A stretch of 63,496 nt of DNA, filler included, from Octopus bimaculoides (taxonomy: Eukaryota): the NCBI RefSeq assembly GCF_001194135.2. It is 7 parts of 6 records of this genome, joined end to end, with 100 filler letters (N's around TTAATTAATTAA, not from the genome) between each part and the next. Parts side by side here need not be neighbours in the genome. Positions count along the whole stretch, not along the records: positions 52,335 to 54,784 come from NC_068984.1; positions 54,885 to 57,008 come from NW_026406191.1; positions 57,109 to 61,447 come from NC_068995.1; positions 61,548 to 63,496 come from NC_068987.1; 3 more parts are not named here. One strand, 5' to 3'. The notes beneath the pieces are model-generated. The model ran no database searches, was not told the origin of the DNA, and saw only the letters and a program-made list of their open reading frames with translations. A program made the translations under genes and the position numbers. Shown piece by piece: positions 52,235 through 63,496 of this stretch; positions within the stretch are counted from its first letter, which is position 1; each line of letters begins with the position of its first letter.

Positions 52235-53079
52235 NNNNNNNNNNNNNNNNNNNNNNNNNNNNNNNNNNNNNNNNNNNNTTAATTAATTAANNNNNNNNNN
52301 NNNNNNNNNNNNNNNNNNNNNNNNNNNNNNNNNNATATATATATATATATACATACATACATAGAGAACAAGAGATAGATAGACAAAGAGAGAGATGCAC
52401 ACACACTCATACATATAAAAATATATTCATATACACTCAACACACACACACAAACACATACATATGTGCATACATTTATTTTTCCTTTTGATTAGTTTTA
52501 TTGATAGGTGAGATACACGACATAGTAATTCTTATGATTCATTGAGAATTTCCAAGACATCTAATAATGAATATATTGAGTAGCAGAATTAGTAGAGACA
52601 TCTAACAATTATATAAATAGCAAAATTGATATAAAACTCAAACAAAATGCCTCCTGTCATCTTCTCTTCCTGAGATCAAATCTAACCAAAATCAACTTCA
52701 TCAATCATGTATGCAAGTTCCTTTTTCTCATCATAAATATGTGTTTTTGTGTCTTGTGTCTATACTGGAAGCCATTAAAGTTCCTTGAATTACACAAGGT
52801 AGCAACCCCTACCCATTTTGGAACATCTCATTGTACTTAGTGAAAATAGTATACATTGTACATGGAGCTGTATGTTAAAAATGGTTTCCAAAGATACCAT
52901 TCTTTTACTTAGCAGTGTCCTGTTGCCAATGATAATGCCTTTGGATATACTCATGCCACATTTCTAGCAATATCCATCCATCCACTTTCTTCATTTACTA
53001 TTCCTGTTAGAATCATGGTGGTGGAGTCCTCAGGTACCTCGTCTACAGGATATTATCAGAAGCAACCTTCATTTAATTT

Positions 53080-53590
53080 TCTGGCTGCATTACTAGGCAC
53101 GACCAACTGAGACTGATGGATATTATCCAACCATTTCATTCTTGGACTACCCCAGTTCTCTTGCTCATTGGCTCAGCTTGAAGAGTCCAACTTGTGATCC
53201 TTTCCTATGACATTCTAACAACATGCCTGTAGTACCAGTGTTGTGACCTTTTAATACATAGAAGTAGCTGTTCAATCTGTAGAAACTCCTTGACCCCCAA
53301 GCAGCATAAGCTACAAGCTGTCAGAGATCCTTTGGAGGAAATCCATTTTGGCCACTTGTACACGTGATATGCTTTTGGTCACTACCCAACATTACTCTAG
53401 TAATCATCATCATTATCATTTAATGTCTGTTGTCCATGCTAGCATGGGTTGGACGGTTTGACCATAACTGGGAAGCTAGGGAGCTGCACCAGATTCCATT
53501 CTAATTTGGCATGACATTTACAGCTGGATGCTGCTCCTAATGCTAACTACTTTACAGAGTGTGCTCGGTGTTTTTACATCGTACTGCACT
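53080..53590 (-). mobile_element. Old RTE C-terminal relic plus RTE-type 3' tail with (GAT)n
   Basis: GSPRMKWLDNI (cf. GRP..RW.D.I); 53402-53590 matches the gctagcatgga...gttaaa.gatgatgat tail at 57872-57970. Confidence 0.5.
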
Positions 53591-53879
53591 TACGTGGTAA
53601 TATAATTTATTAATTCATTCTAAGCTTCCCTGTCACTTCAGCTTTGGAGAGTAAATATGTATTTATTATTGGTTTTAGTTATTAAAGCGCTACTATTCTG
53701 AGGTACCATCATCAAGGGTTTTAACTGGCCTTATTAACCCAAGTTCTTATTTGTCTCTGGTAATTATTTTAAGGATTTCTGTTTGTTAAATGGCTAAGTT
53801 ATGTTTTGATATAAAGGAATACAAAAGAAACAAATACACATATATAACAGGTATCTACACAATTTACATCTACTAAATT

Positions 53880-54010
53880 CCACTCAAAAGGTATCATCTA
53901 AACCTAGGTTATAGAAGACATTTGCTCTAGGTCTTGCACAGTGAAATCCCACCCATAATATGTAGCTGCAAAGCAAACTTCTTAATCCCACCGTTCGTTT
54001 TTTATGCATA
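53880..54010 (-). mobile_element. SINE family B 5' part (diverged)
   Basis: tactaaattccactcaaaagg...atagaagacatttgc. Confidence 0.55.
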
Positions 54011-54067
54011 CATAGGTATATAACTTCATACAAACATACATGCATAATACATACATATATCATGTGC

Positions 54068-54101
<34 letters not shown>

Positions 54102-54192
54102 GAGAATTTACGAAAAAAACAACAACAGACAAGAACAGGTGGTGTAAACAACAAAAGGATGTATTAGTCTAACGCTCGGGAATAGAGAAAGT

Positions 54193-54227
54193 CTTTAACG
54201 TTTCGAGCTACACTCTTCAACAGAAAG
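54193..54227 (-). ncRNA. Minimal hammerhead H7, CUGUUGA (A6U) core, same family as H2
   Basis: Minus strand: CTTT | CTGTTGA A | GAGT-GTA-GCTC | GAAA | CG T T | AAAG; downstream cccgagcgtt..actaataca shared with 6770-6790; repeat spans ~54100-54270. Confidence 0.65.
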
Positions 54228-54423
54228 AAATAAGGAGAAAAACAAGGAGGAAAACAAGGAGAGAAAAAATATATAAATGTAATGGTCAGCGATTTATCAT
54301 AATACATATATATATGTATATATATAATACATGTATGTATATATATAATATATATATAAATGTAATGGTCAGCGATTTATCATAATACATATATATAATG
54401 TATATATATAATACATGTAAGTA

Positions 54424-54784
54424 TCTTGAGAGAAAAGCTGAACATTAGAAGCATCAGTTGTGGCGTGCAAGAGAGACGATTGCGCTGGTATGGACATGTG
54501 GTGAGAATGGAGGAGGATAGCTGCGTGAAAAAGTGCCACACCCTAACAGTTGAGGGAACCCGTGGAAGAGGTAGGCCCAGGAAGACCTGGGCTGAGGTGG
54601 TGAGGCAAGACCTTCGTACATTGGGCCTCACCGAGGCGATGACTACGGACCGAGACCTTTGGAAATGGGCTGTGCGTGAGAAGACCCGGCAAGCCAAGTA
54701 AGATCGTTGCCAGTGCCCCTGGACTGGTTCTTGTGCGGGTGGCACATGAGATGCACCATTTTGAGCGTGGCCGTTGCCAGTACC
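54424..54784 (+). mobile_element. RTE-clade LINE 3' fragment (young)
   Basis: RRLRWYGHVVRM...VEGTRGRGRPRKTW...DRDLW, stop at 54701, then UTR into gap. Confidence 0.9.
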
Positions 54785-55111
54785 NNNNNNNNNNNNNNNN
54801 NNNNNNNNNNNNNNNNNNNNNNNNNNNNTTAATTAATTAANNNNNNNNNNNNNNNNNNNNNNNNNNNNNNNNNNNNNNNNNNNNACTACTACTACTACTA
54901 CTACTACTGCTGCTGCTGCTACTACTGGTATAAGTCCATCACCAAAGGCAGATCATTCTGGTTGTCTTTTCGTTTTTGAGAGGTTTTTATTTACCACGAC
55001 CGTTATCATCATCATCACTCCATCAGCCCCCCCCCACCTTCGGTATCTTTTTTGTCCTTCTCTCTCTTCGCCCTCAAAATCTCTATCTCTATAAATGTCT
55101 CATTGTCTCAA

Positions 55112-55168
<57 letters not shown>

Positions 55169-55487
55169 CTTCTTTCTTTCTTTCTTTCTTTCTTTCCCGT
55201 CTCTTTCTCGTTCTTGTCCATCGGACATTTGGTAAGCCGCAGAATCGTGTAACCGCCCATTCCACTTTACGAATCAATAAAAAAAAATTACCTTATGGCC
55301 GAATAAAAGGATTGAAAAAATAATTAAAAGAAAAAAAACCAAAATATGATAAAGCATACGAAAAAAAATAAATACATAAAACAACTCCGACCGTAATAAC
55401 AAAAAACAACAAAATTAGCAAATATATATACAATAACAAAAAACACAAAGAATCACACGGGTGAAATGCAGTATAACATACACATAC

Positions 55488-55697
55488 ATCATCATCATCA
55501 TCATCGTCGTCGTCGTCATCATCATCATCATCATCATCATCATCGTCGTCTTCGTCGTCGTCGTCATCATCATCATCATCATCGTCGTCTTCAATATCAT
55601 CATCATCATCGTCATCTTCACAAACTCCATCACCATTGTCGTCGCCGTAATCATCATCGTCATCGACATCATCGACATCATTGTCATCATCATCGTG

Positions 55698-55740
<43 letters not shown>
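55488..55740. repeat. (CAT/CGT)n compound microsatellite
   Basis: Source of the poly-H, poly-D and poly-M ORFs. Confidence 0.95.
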
Positions 55741-55808
55741 TTAACTACGACAAGAACAATAAAAGGAATCAAGCATGTAAGCCTTCAAACGACTACCATG
55801 GTACCTGC

Positions 55809-55909
55809 CTGTCGGCCAGTCTTTCTGTCGGCCAGTCTGTCTGTCGGCCAGTCTGTCTGTCGGCCAGTCTGTCTGTCGGCCAGTCTGTCTGTCGGCCAGT
55901 CTGTCTGTC
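55809..55909. repeat. 16-bp GC-rich minisatellite (CTGTCGGCCAGTCTGT)n running into a gap
   Basis: About 6 near-perfect units. Confidence 0.95.
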
Positions 55910-56689
55910 NNNNNNNNNNNNNNNNNNNNNNNNNNNNNNNNNNNNNNNNNNNNNNNNNNNNNNNNNNNNNNNNNNNNNNNNNNNNNNNNNNNNNNNNNNN
56001 NNNNNNNNNNNNNNNNNNNNNNNNNNNNNNNNNNNNNNNNNNNNNNNNNNNNNNNNNNNNNNNNNNNNNNNNNNNNNNNNNNNNNNNNNNNNNNNNNNNN
56101 NNNNNNNNNNNNNNNNNNNNNNNNNNNNNNNNNNNNNNNNNNNNNNNNNNNNNNNNNNNNNNNNNNNNNNNNNNNNNNNNNNNNNNNNNNNNNNNNNNNN
56201 NNNNNNNNNNNNNNNNNNNNNNNNNNNNNNNNNNNNNNNNNNNNNNNNNNNNNNNNNNNNNNNNNNNNNNNNNNNNNNNNNNNNNNNNNNNNNNNNNNNN
56301 NNNNNNNNNNNNNNNNNNNNNNNNNNNNNNNNNNNNNNNNNNNNNNNNNNNNNNNNNNNNNNNNNNNNNNNNNNNNNNNNNNNNNNNNNNNNNNNNNNNN
56401 NNNNNNNNNNNNNNNNNNNNNNNNNNNNNNNNNNNNNNNNNNNNNNNNNNNNNNNNNNNNNNNNNNNNNNNNNNNNNNNNNNNNNNNNNNNNNNNNNNNN
56501 NNNNNNNNNNNNNNNNNNNNNNNNNNNNNNNNNNNNNNNNNNNNNNNNNNNNNNNNNNNNNNNNNNNNNNNNNNNNNNNTATATGATTGTATATATTTAT
56601 ATGTACCTATATATATATTTCACTTCTGTGTTTGTTTTGCAAGATTCTTTATGTGAATTTGTGTGTTGAAGCTTATTTTAATGTGTTTC

Positions 56690-56958
56690 GGGAGAGTCAT
56701 TGACTTATTTATTTGTTCTAAAATTTTCATTGCATCTTGCAACCTTTTCAATAGTCGTCGTCTCTGTCCGTTATCGGAAACAGTTCCGATAACTGAACAC
56801 AGTTCCGATAACGGACAGAGTCAATGACTAATAGTCAATGGCTATTGAAAAGGTTGCAATACGAAACGAAAATTTTCGAAAAAATAAAGAAGTAAATGAG
56901 TGGAAATCAGACCGTGATTGTGTTAAATTAATAAGGCACTAAAAGAGAATGACTCTCC
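56690..56958. mobile_element. Fold-back MITE-like element with nested inverted repeats
   Basis: Perfect IR pairs: 56690-56701/56947-56958 (12 bp), 56737-56754/56842-56859 (18 bp), 56762-56779/56803-56820 (18 bp). Confidence 0.8.
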
Positions 56959-57108
56959 CCGGACAGAAAAATGCATACATACATACATACATACATACAT
57001 ACATACATNNNNNNNNNNNNNNNNNNNNNNNNNNNNNNNNNNNNNNNNNNNNTTAATTAATTAANNNNNNNNNNNNNNNNNNNNNNNNNNNNNNNNNNNN
57101 NNNNNNNN

Positions 57109-57139
<31 letters not shown>

Positions 57140-57194
57140 ATGTATATATATTTTCATTTTTTTCATTTTATCTAGTTTCAGCTCATGAAACAAT

Positions 57195-57405
57195 ATAGCA
57201 TGCCGGGCGAAATGCTTAGCGGTATTTCGTCTGCCGTTACGTTCTAAGTTCAAATTCCGCCGAGGTCGACTTTGCCTTTCATCCTTTCGGGGTCAATAAA
57301 TTAAGTACCAGTTACGCACTGGGGTCGATGTAATCGACTTAACCCATTTGTCTGTCCTTGTTTGTCCCCTCTATGTTTAGCCCCTTGTGGGCAATAAAGA
57401 AATAA
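57195..57405 (+). mobile_element. SINE family A, alternative-tail variant
   Basis: Family A body followed by tgtctgtccttgtttgtcccc...gcccttgtgggcaataaagaaataagaa; a similar tail occurs on the minus strand at ~31665-31770. Confidence 0.85.
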
Positions 57406-57463
57406 GAAACTATATCTATATTCATATATATTCATATATATATATATTCTTATATATATATAT

Positions 57464-57842
57464 GGTTGGCACTCCGTCGGTTACAACGAGTGTTCCAGTT
57501 GATCCTATTAACGGAACAGCCTGCTCGTGAAATTAACTTGCAAGTGACTGAGCACTCCACAGACACGTGTACCCTTAACGTAGTTCTCGGGGAGATTCAG
57601 CCTGACACAGTGTGACAAGGCTGGCCCTTTGAAATACAGGTACAACAGAAACAGGAAGAAAGAGTGAGAGAAAGTCATGGTGAAAGAGTACAGCAGGGTT
57701 CACCACTACCTCCTATCGGAGCCTTGTGGAGCTTTAGGTGTTTTCGCAAAATAAACACTCACAACGCCCGGTCGTGCAATCGAAACCGCGATCCTGAGAC
57801 GGCGAGTCTGCTACCCTAACCACTGGGCCATTGCGCCTCCAC
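57464..57842 (-). mobile_element. SINE family C
   Basis: Colinear with 46306-46689. Confidence 0.9.
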
Positions 57843-57871
57843 AATGTATATATATATATACGTGCGGGTGA

Positions 57872-57970
57872 CACGTAAAAGCACCCACTACACTCTCTGA
57901 GTGGTTGNNNNNNNNNNATGCTAGCATGGAAAGCGGACGTTAAACGATGATGATGATGATGATGATGATA
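57872..57970 (+). mobile_element. RTE-type 3' tail with (GAT)n
   Basis: gctagcatggaaagcggacgttaaacgatgatgatg. Confidence 0.65.
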
Positions 57971-58039
57971 CGACCGCGGGCGATAAACAAAAAGAACATT
58001 ATGTCTCTCTTCCACGAACAGAGTTTGAAACCGTGTTCT

Positions 58040-58817
58040 AGTTGTTCAGGATGGTGGTATTTCCTTTGTCCTGTCAACGAGCATGGTTATTTATGGCCGT
58101 AGGAACTTGATTTCTGACCCTCTCTGGTCACCGAAAGTTTAAAGGCAGATAGGAACTGTGAGAAACTAACCCAGCTTTGAAGAGGGGAATGTAGCACGGT
58201 TAGGTACGGTATGCCTATATTCCTGGCTGATTACCTGACATAAATACAGGAGCGTAGATTTGGAAGACCAGTCGATTGACAGGAGCAGTCAGGACAGATG
58301 ACCAGTCGGGTGAGGAGCAGTCAGGAGAAGCTGAGTGAAGAGAAGCCACATGGACAAAGCAGTAGGAGAGAGAGCCGGCCAGTGAAATGGATAGAAGGCA
58401 GCCAGTGACTGAGAGGGTAGCCCATAAGAGAGGCAGATAGGAACAGAGACCAGCAGTGAGAAAGACAGATAGACAGAGGGAACTGTTGCGGCTGGCACGT
58501 TGATGTAGTAGCAGATTGCGTTGGCCAGCTTTGGCCGAAGAAATTTGTTGCGGTAAATGTTTGTTTATATTTTTTAAAGAAAATGTACTTGCGTTGTCAA
58601 ATGTTTTGTAAAGAAAAGAGGATAAAAAAAACGAACTCTGTGTTGTTAAATGTTTTTGTGAAGAAAAGAAAGAAAAAGAAAGAACTCGGTTGTTAAATGT
58701 TTTTAAATGAAAAGAAGAGAAAAAAAGAAACTCTGTTGTTAACTGTGTTGTTAAAAGAAAGGAAAACAAAAGAAAAACAAAAGAAGCAAAAGAACTTTGT
58801 TAAATGACTCTTGATAA
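58040..58817 (+). mobile_element. Probable LTR retrotransposon 3' end: PPT plus LTR
   Basis: Polypurine GAAGAGGGGAA 58179-58189 directly before TGTAGCACGG (58190); LTR end is lost in the gap. Confidence 0.5.
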
Positions 58818-58917
58818 NNNNNNNNNNNNNNNNNNNNNNNNNNNNNNNNNNNNNNNNNNNNNNNNNNNNNNNNNNNNNNNNNNNNNNNNNNNNNNNNNNN
58901 NNNNNNNNNNNNNNNNN

Positions 58918-59570
58918 AAGACATTTGTTCTGAGCCGCCTAGACTATTGCTCTCAGTTGTGGTCATCGTCAAGCAGGCAGCAGAACTCGAGGCAATTCAG
59001 CGTCACTATACAAAAAAGATCGCCACAGTCCAACAGATGAACTACAGGGAGCGACTGAAGGCACTAGGTCTCTACTCCCTGGAGTGCAGGCAGGAGAGAT
59101 ATGTAATAATATACATATGGAAAATACTGGAAGGATTGGTGCCAAACTTTGGCATCAAGTACTACAAGAATGCCCGCACAGGTCGCCACTGCATGGTATC
59201 AAGGGTGCTGTCCACTGCATCTCACATAAGAACGAGGTACTGCAGCAGCCTCGGTTTCAGAGGACCTCAGCTCTTTAATGCCCTGCCAAAACATCTGAGA
59301 GACCTGCAAGACATGGATATAGAAGTCTTCAAGACAAAACTCGATGCTTTCCTCTCCACGATACCAGACGAACCAATGGCTCGAAATGAGACACAGTTTG
59401 GGGCAGCGATGTCAAATTCTCTTATACACCAGATGTGCCATCAAAACTCTTGATTGGACTATATCAGGTGGAGGAGAAGAGTCATGCAAGGAACGTGAAG
59501 AGAGCACAGCATAAAGAAGGAAGTCATGGTGGTGCTCCAGCATGACCACAGCCACTTGGCTGAAACCTGT
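58918..59570 (+). mobile_element. CR1-group LINE 3' end
   Basis: FVLSRLDYCSQLW, LEAIQRHYTK, YRERLKALGLYSLECRQER, GPQLFNALP, FKTKLDAFLSTIPDEP; 3'UTR ends ggtgctccagcatgacc...ctgaaacc. Confidence 0.9.
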
Positions 59571-59619
59571 TCTGTCTTAAATTCATGATTATTTATGTAT
59601 TTCTTTTCTCTACCTCACT

Positions 59620-59899
59620 CAAGTTATCGCCTTCCCTCTACTCTATTCAAGTTATGCTCCTCTAGCCCAAACCTGTCTGAAATTTTGTCTCTCCTCCCTT
59701 TAAAAATTACGATTTTAACTCTCATGTCTCTTACCGATTTAAGCATTTAATCTCACGGTCAAGTTATCGCCTTTCCCTCTACTCTTTTCAAGTTATGCTC
59801 CTCAGCCCAAACCTGTCTGAAATTTTATCTCTCCTACCTTTAAAAATTATGATTTTAACTCTCATTTCTGTTACCGATTTAAGCATTTAATCTCACGGT
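59620..59899. repeat. 140-bp tandem duplication
   Basis: Units 59620-59759 and 59760-59899 differ by several substitutions and small indels. Confidence 0.95.
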
Positions 59900-60289
59900 T
59901 TAAAACACTGCTGTGCTTCTTTCAACTTTTTTTCTAAAAACCTAAGGAATCTAACCAGCATGATGTACTGCTGCCTGCTCCTCTCTCTCACCGAATCACT
60001 ACTTTCTTTCCCCCACTTCCTCTTCGACTCTTATGTGACCCCAAACCTATTATAACCAATTCACTTTCCAACTTCATCCCAATTCCTAATGGAATTTCTA
60101 GGCTCATAGAACCCACAATGAAGCTCTCTCTTAGCCCTCGGTATNNNNNNNNNNCTAGTGACCTTATACCCCACATACATCTTATCGACCTTATAGCACA
60201 TAAAGATTGGGTAGTATATGAAGGTTATAGGTATTGTTTTGTTTATGAATTCAGCCAAATGCAAGCTTTCTTTTCAGGTACACGACACT

Positions 60290-61447
60290 GCTTTCCCCCA
60301 TCCCAGGGTCACACGGGTCCACTTCTCTGACACCCACTCCTCCCACACTGTCAGGATTGGCACTCTCAACGTCGGCACGTTGAAAGGTAGGTCTGGTGAG
60401 ATTGTTGAGATGCTTGAACGGAGATGGGTTGATCTGTGCTGCATCCAAGAAGTAAGATGGAGAGGAGGGTCCGCGACACAGGCAAAGAACACAAGTACAA
60501 GATTTTCTGGGCAGGGAACACTGACAGGGTCGGAGGCGTAGGAATACTTCTAGCAGAGAAATGGGTTGATAAGGTAATCGAGGTAGTTAGAGTATGTGAC
60601 AGAGTACTTAAGATTAGACAAGTGCTTCATCATAGGCTAGCTACTGTAATCTCAGCCTATGCCACTCAACCTGGGTTCCCGCAATGAGGAGGGAACGAGA
60701 CTGCTGGAGTTCTGTGATGCAACTGATCTTATGGTTTGCAATACCAACTTCAGGAAACCTGCCTGTCACCTACCGATCCGGCAGACACTCTAGCCAAATC
60801 AACTACATCCTTGCCAGAAATAGGGAAAGAGGGCGGCTTATAAATGCCAAAACCTTCCCTAGCGAAGAATGTACACCCTAACACAGATTAGTAGTAGGCG
60901 ACTTCGGGATCAAGGCAAAATGGGTGCCCAGAAATAGACCGGCTTGGAGGAGAAGGGTGTGGAAGCTTAAAGACCCTGCAAATAGACAAAGATTTAGAGA
61001 CATGTTACTCGAAGCATTTGACGAAATAGAGGTGGATACAGCATCATACACCGTGGAAGACAATTGGAGATTTCTGCGGGACAACCTGCTGAGAGTCACC
61101 AACCAGATCTGTGGCTGGTGTAAAGTACACTCTCAACCCAGAGTAACGTGGTGGTGGAACAAGGAGGTAGACAGGGCTATTAGACGAAAGAAACAGGCTT
61201 CGAAGGACTGGAAGAACGGTGGTAGCAGGGAATTGTACCAATCTGCCAGGAGGGAAGCTAGGCGACAGGTTTATTTAGCCAGAGGGGAAGCAGATGAGAA
61301 AAGATTTACCAATGTTCTGCGCCGTGAGGACCAAAGACTCGAGGTATTTCGTGTTGCAAGACAGTGTAGGAGAGAGAATAGTAATGTCATAAGAGAGAAA
61401 TGTGTTTGCATGGATGATGGTACGCCTGCACTAAATGAGGCTGCAAA
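60290..61447 (+). mobile_element. RTE-clade LINE APE endonuclease and linker, internally deleted and frameshifted
   Basis: RIGTLNVGTL...CIQEVRW, GGVGILLAEKW, ISAYA, RNEEGTRLLEFC, INYILAR, WWWNKEVDRAIRRK. Confidence 0.9.
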
Positions 61448-61640
61448 NNNNNNNNNNNNNNNNNNNNNNNNNNNNNNNNNNNNNNNNNNNNTTAATTAAT
61501 TAANNNNNNNNNNNNNNNNNNNNNNNNNNNNNNNNNNNNNNNNNNNNTCTTTCCTTTCCCGAGCGTCTTGTAACACAATCTGTATCACGTCCCTACGTTG
61601 TTTTTTGTTGTTTTTTTTGTCTTTTTCCTTTTTTTGAACT

Positions 61641-61735
<95 letters not shown>

Positions 61736-63396
61736 CTTATACACACACATACATACACGCTCACACGTATATACACAAACACTCATGCTCACAAAACAAA
61801 TGCTATATCTATGTGTATGCATTTACATATGTATTATGTCGAGGCACAAGTAAACTTTGGATTGGTATGACGTAATTACCGTTACATTTTATTCAAACAC
61901 ACACTTAGTTACAGGTTTTGCTCTCATTAAATCGAATTCAAGTTATGGCATTAATCCGACAACATCCATATGTTTTTAAAGAAAGAATAGCAATTGGAAG
62001 CTGCGTTGTTCATGTAATTGAATCTAGCGTGTTTGATATCAGAAATGAACACTTTTGAAAATCTCCATTTCAGAGAAACACACAATTCAAGCAATCTTTT
62101 AGGCAATGAACAACGGATAAATATATTCATTCGCCTCGTACGATACAAAATGTTAGCTGAAATATATAAAAAATCATTTTGAAGTTTAATATAGCAGTTA
62201 GAAGAAGATTTTATTCAAATTTTATAACTGCTAACACGATGTATGTCAGCCATGTTTTATCGAATTTGCTCCGTATTATTTTTACCTTTACAAGAATTAA
62301 ACTAGTCAAATGGATAAATGAACTAGATGAAATAATAAACGACCAGTCGAGGAAATATAGCTTTTGTTCATTTTGCTTTTTAATTGGCTAAAATTTCAGT
62401 GACTTTAACATTCTTTTTAACGACTTTCAAATTTCGCACTAAATTACTGGCAGCGCAATGAAATACAAATGGAGTTGGTGCTGACATGCAAATAAAATCA
62501 GCACTTGTGAATTACTGATACAGTATGCTTCAGTAGTACTTATGCTAAAATTACGAAAAGAAAACAAAGAAAATTAAAAACAATGCAAGGGATGTGTCTG
62601 AACTTGCTGTACGGAGGAAATCATATTGATCCGTTTTCGTGTGAGCCACTGTATTGATTGTGTGGGCGTAGGTGTGCGTGTGAACATACTTAAATAGTTA
62701 TATCTGAATGAATATGATTATATGTCAATGTATTCTTAGAAATATATGGGTAAATATATGCATTTGTACGAACATCTGACAATATATTTACTTTTTATTA
62801 GATATTTATGTTTTGACTTAACATTATTTGCATAAACGTATGAGCAGATACATTATTAAAACTATTCCGACCGTTAATGGTATCCAGTACCACATTATCT
62901 AATATATACTTCGCTTTTTTCACAATGGTATGGTCTGGATCTGGCAGAAATTTGGTTATTATCTATAACCGGTCAAGTTACCGAATACAGGCTGCTACGT
63001 TGATGTGTGTACGTCTGTTTGATTGAACATGCATATTATATGGATTAATGAGGATGCAATCTGTTCGAATTACTTAATATTTTTGTGTATGTCAGTGTGT
63101 ATGTGTGCGAATACACGTGTGGATATGTATGAAAGTAAAAGATTACAAATATGGTACACGGGCTGTGTATACAAGCGTGTGTGCGTCTGTGTGTGTGTGT
63201 GTGTGTGTGTATGTGTGTGTGTGACAAAGAGAGGGACATACAGAGAGAAAGAGTGAGAGAGAGAGAGAAAGTGAGAGAGAGAAAGAATGAGAGAGCATAT
63301 GCATAACATACAGTAGTGTCTGCGCACGAGCTCGTGCATATGAGCATTTATTGATGCGTTTGTTCCTGTATGCACACACACACACACACACGCACG

Positions 63397-63458
<62 letters not shown>

Positions 63459-63496
63459 TGATACACACATATATATGTAATATTATATATGTGTAT

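Overview
AT-rich, microsatellite-dense eukaryotic scaffold with roughly 6 kb of N gaps. The SINE families and repeat landscape look like an Octopus (cephalopod) genome; this is inferred from pattern recognition, not a search. No host protein-coding gene can be named. Most listed ORFs are microsatellite or gap artefacts, and the recognisable ones are retroelement relics: L1/Tx1 RT, Penelope RT and GIY-YIG, R4/Dong-type RLE endonuclease ends, RTE, CR1-like, an LTR end and mariner. There are also four SINE families, several MITEs, two promoter-like CpG/E-box islands (~35.4 kb, ~43.8 kb) and a few low-confidence exon candidates. Main discovery: at least seven minimal type-I, short-palindromic-stem-III hammerhead ribozyme motifs, several beside Penelope relics. 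They include two recurrent non-canonical cores, CCGAYGA (U4C) and CUGUUGA (A6U). Two inverted-repeat partner copies have lost the ribozyme or its stem II. There is also a same-orientation pile-up of R4/Dong-like 3' ends in (AAT)n microsatellite. TE boundaries are approximate unless TSD/TIR coordinates are given.
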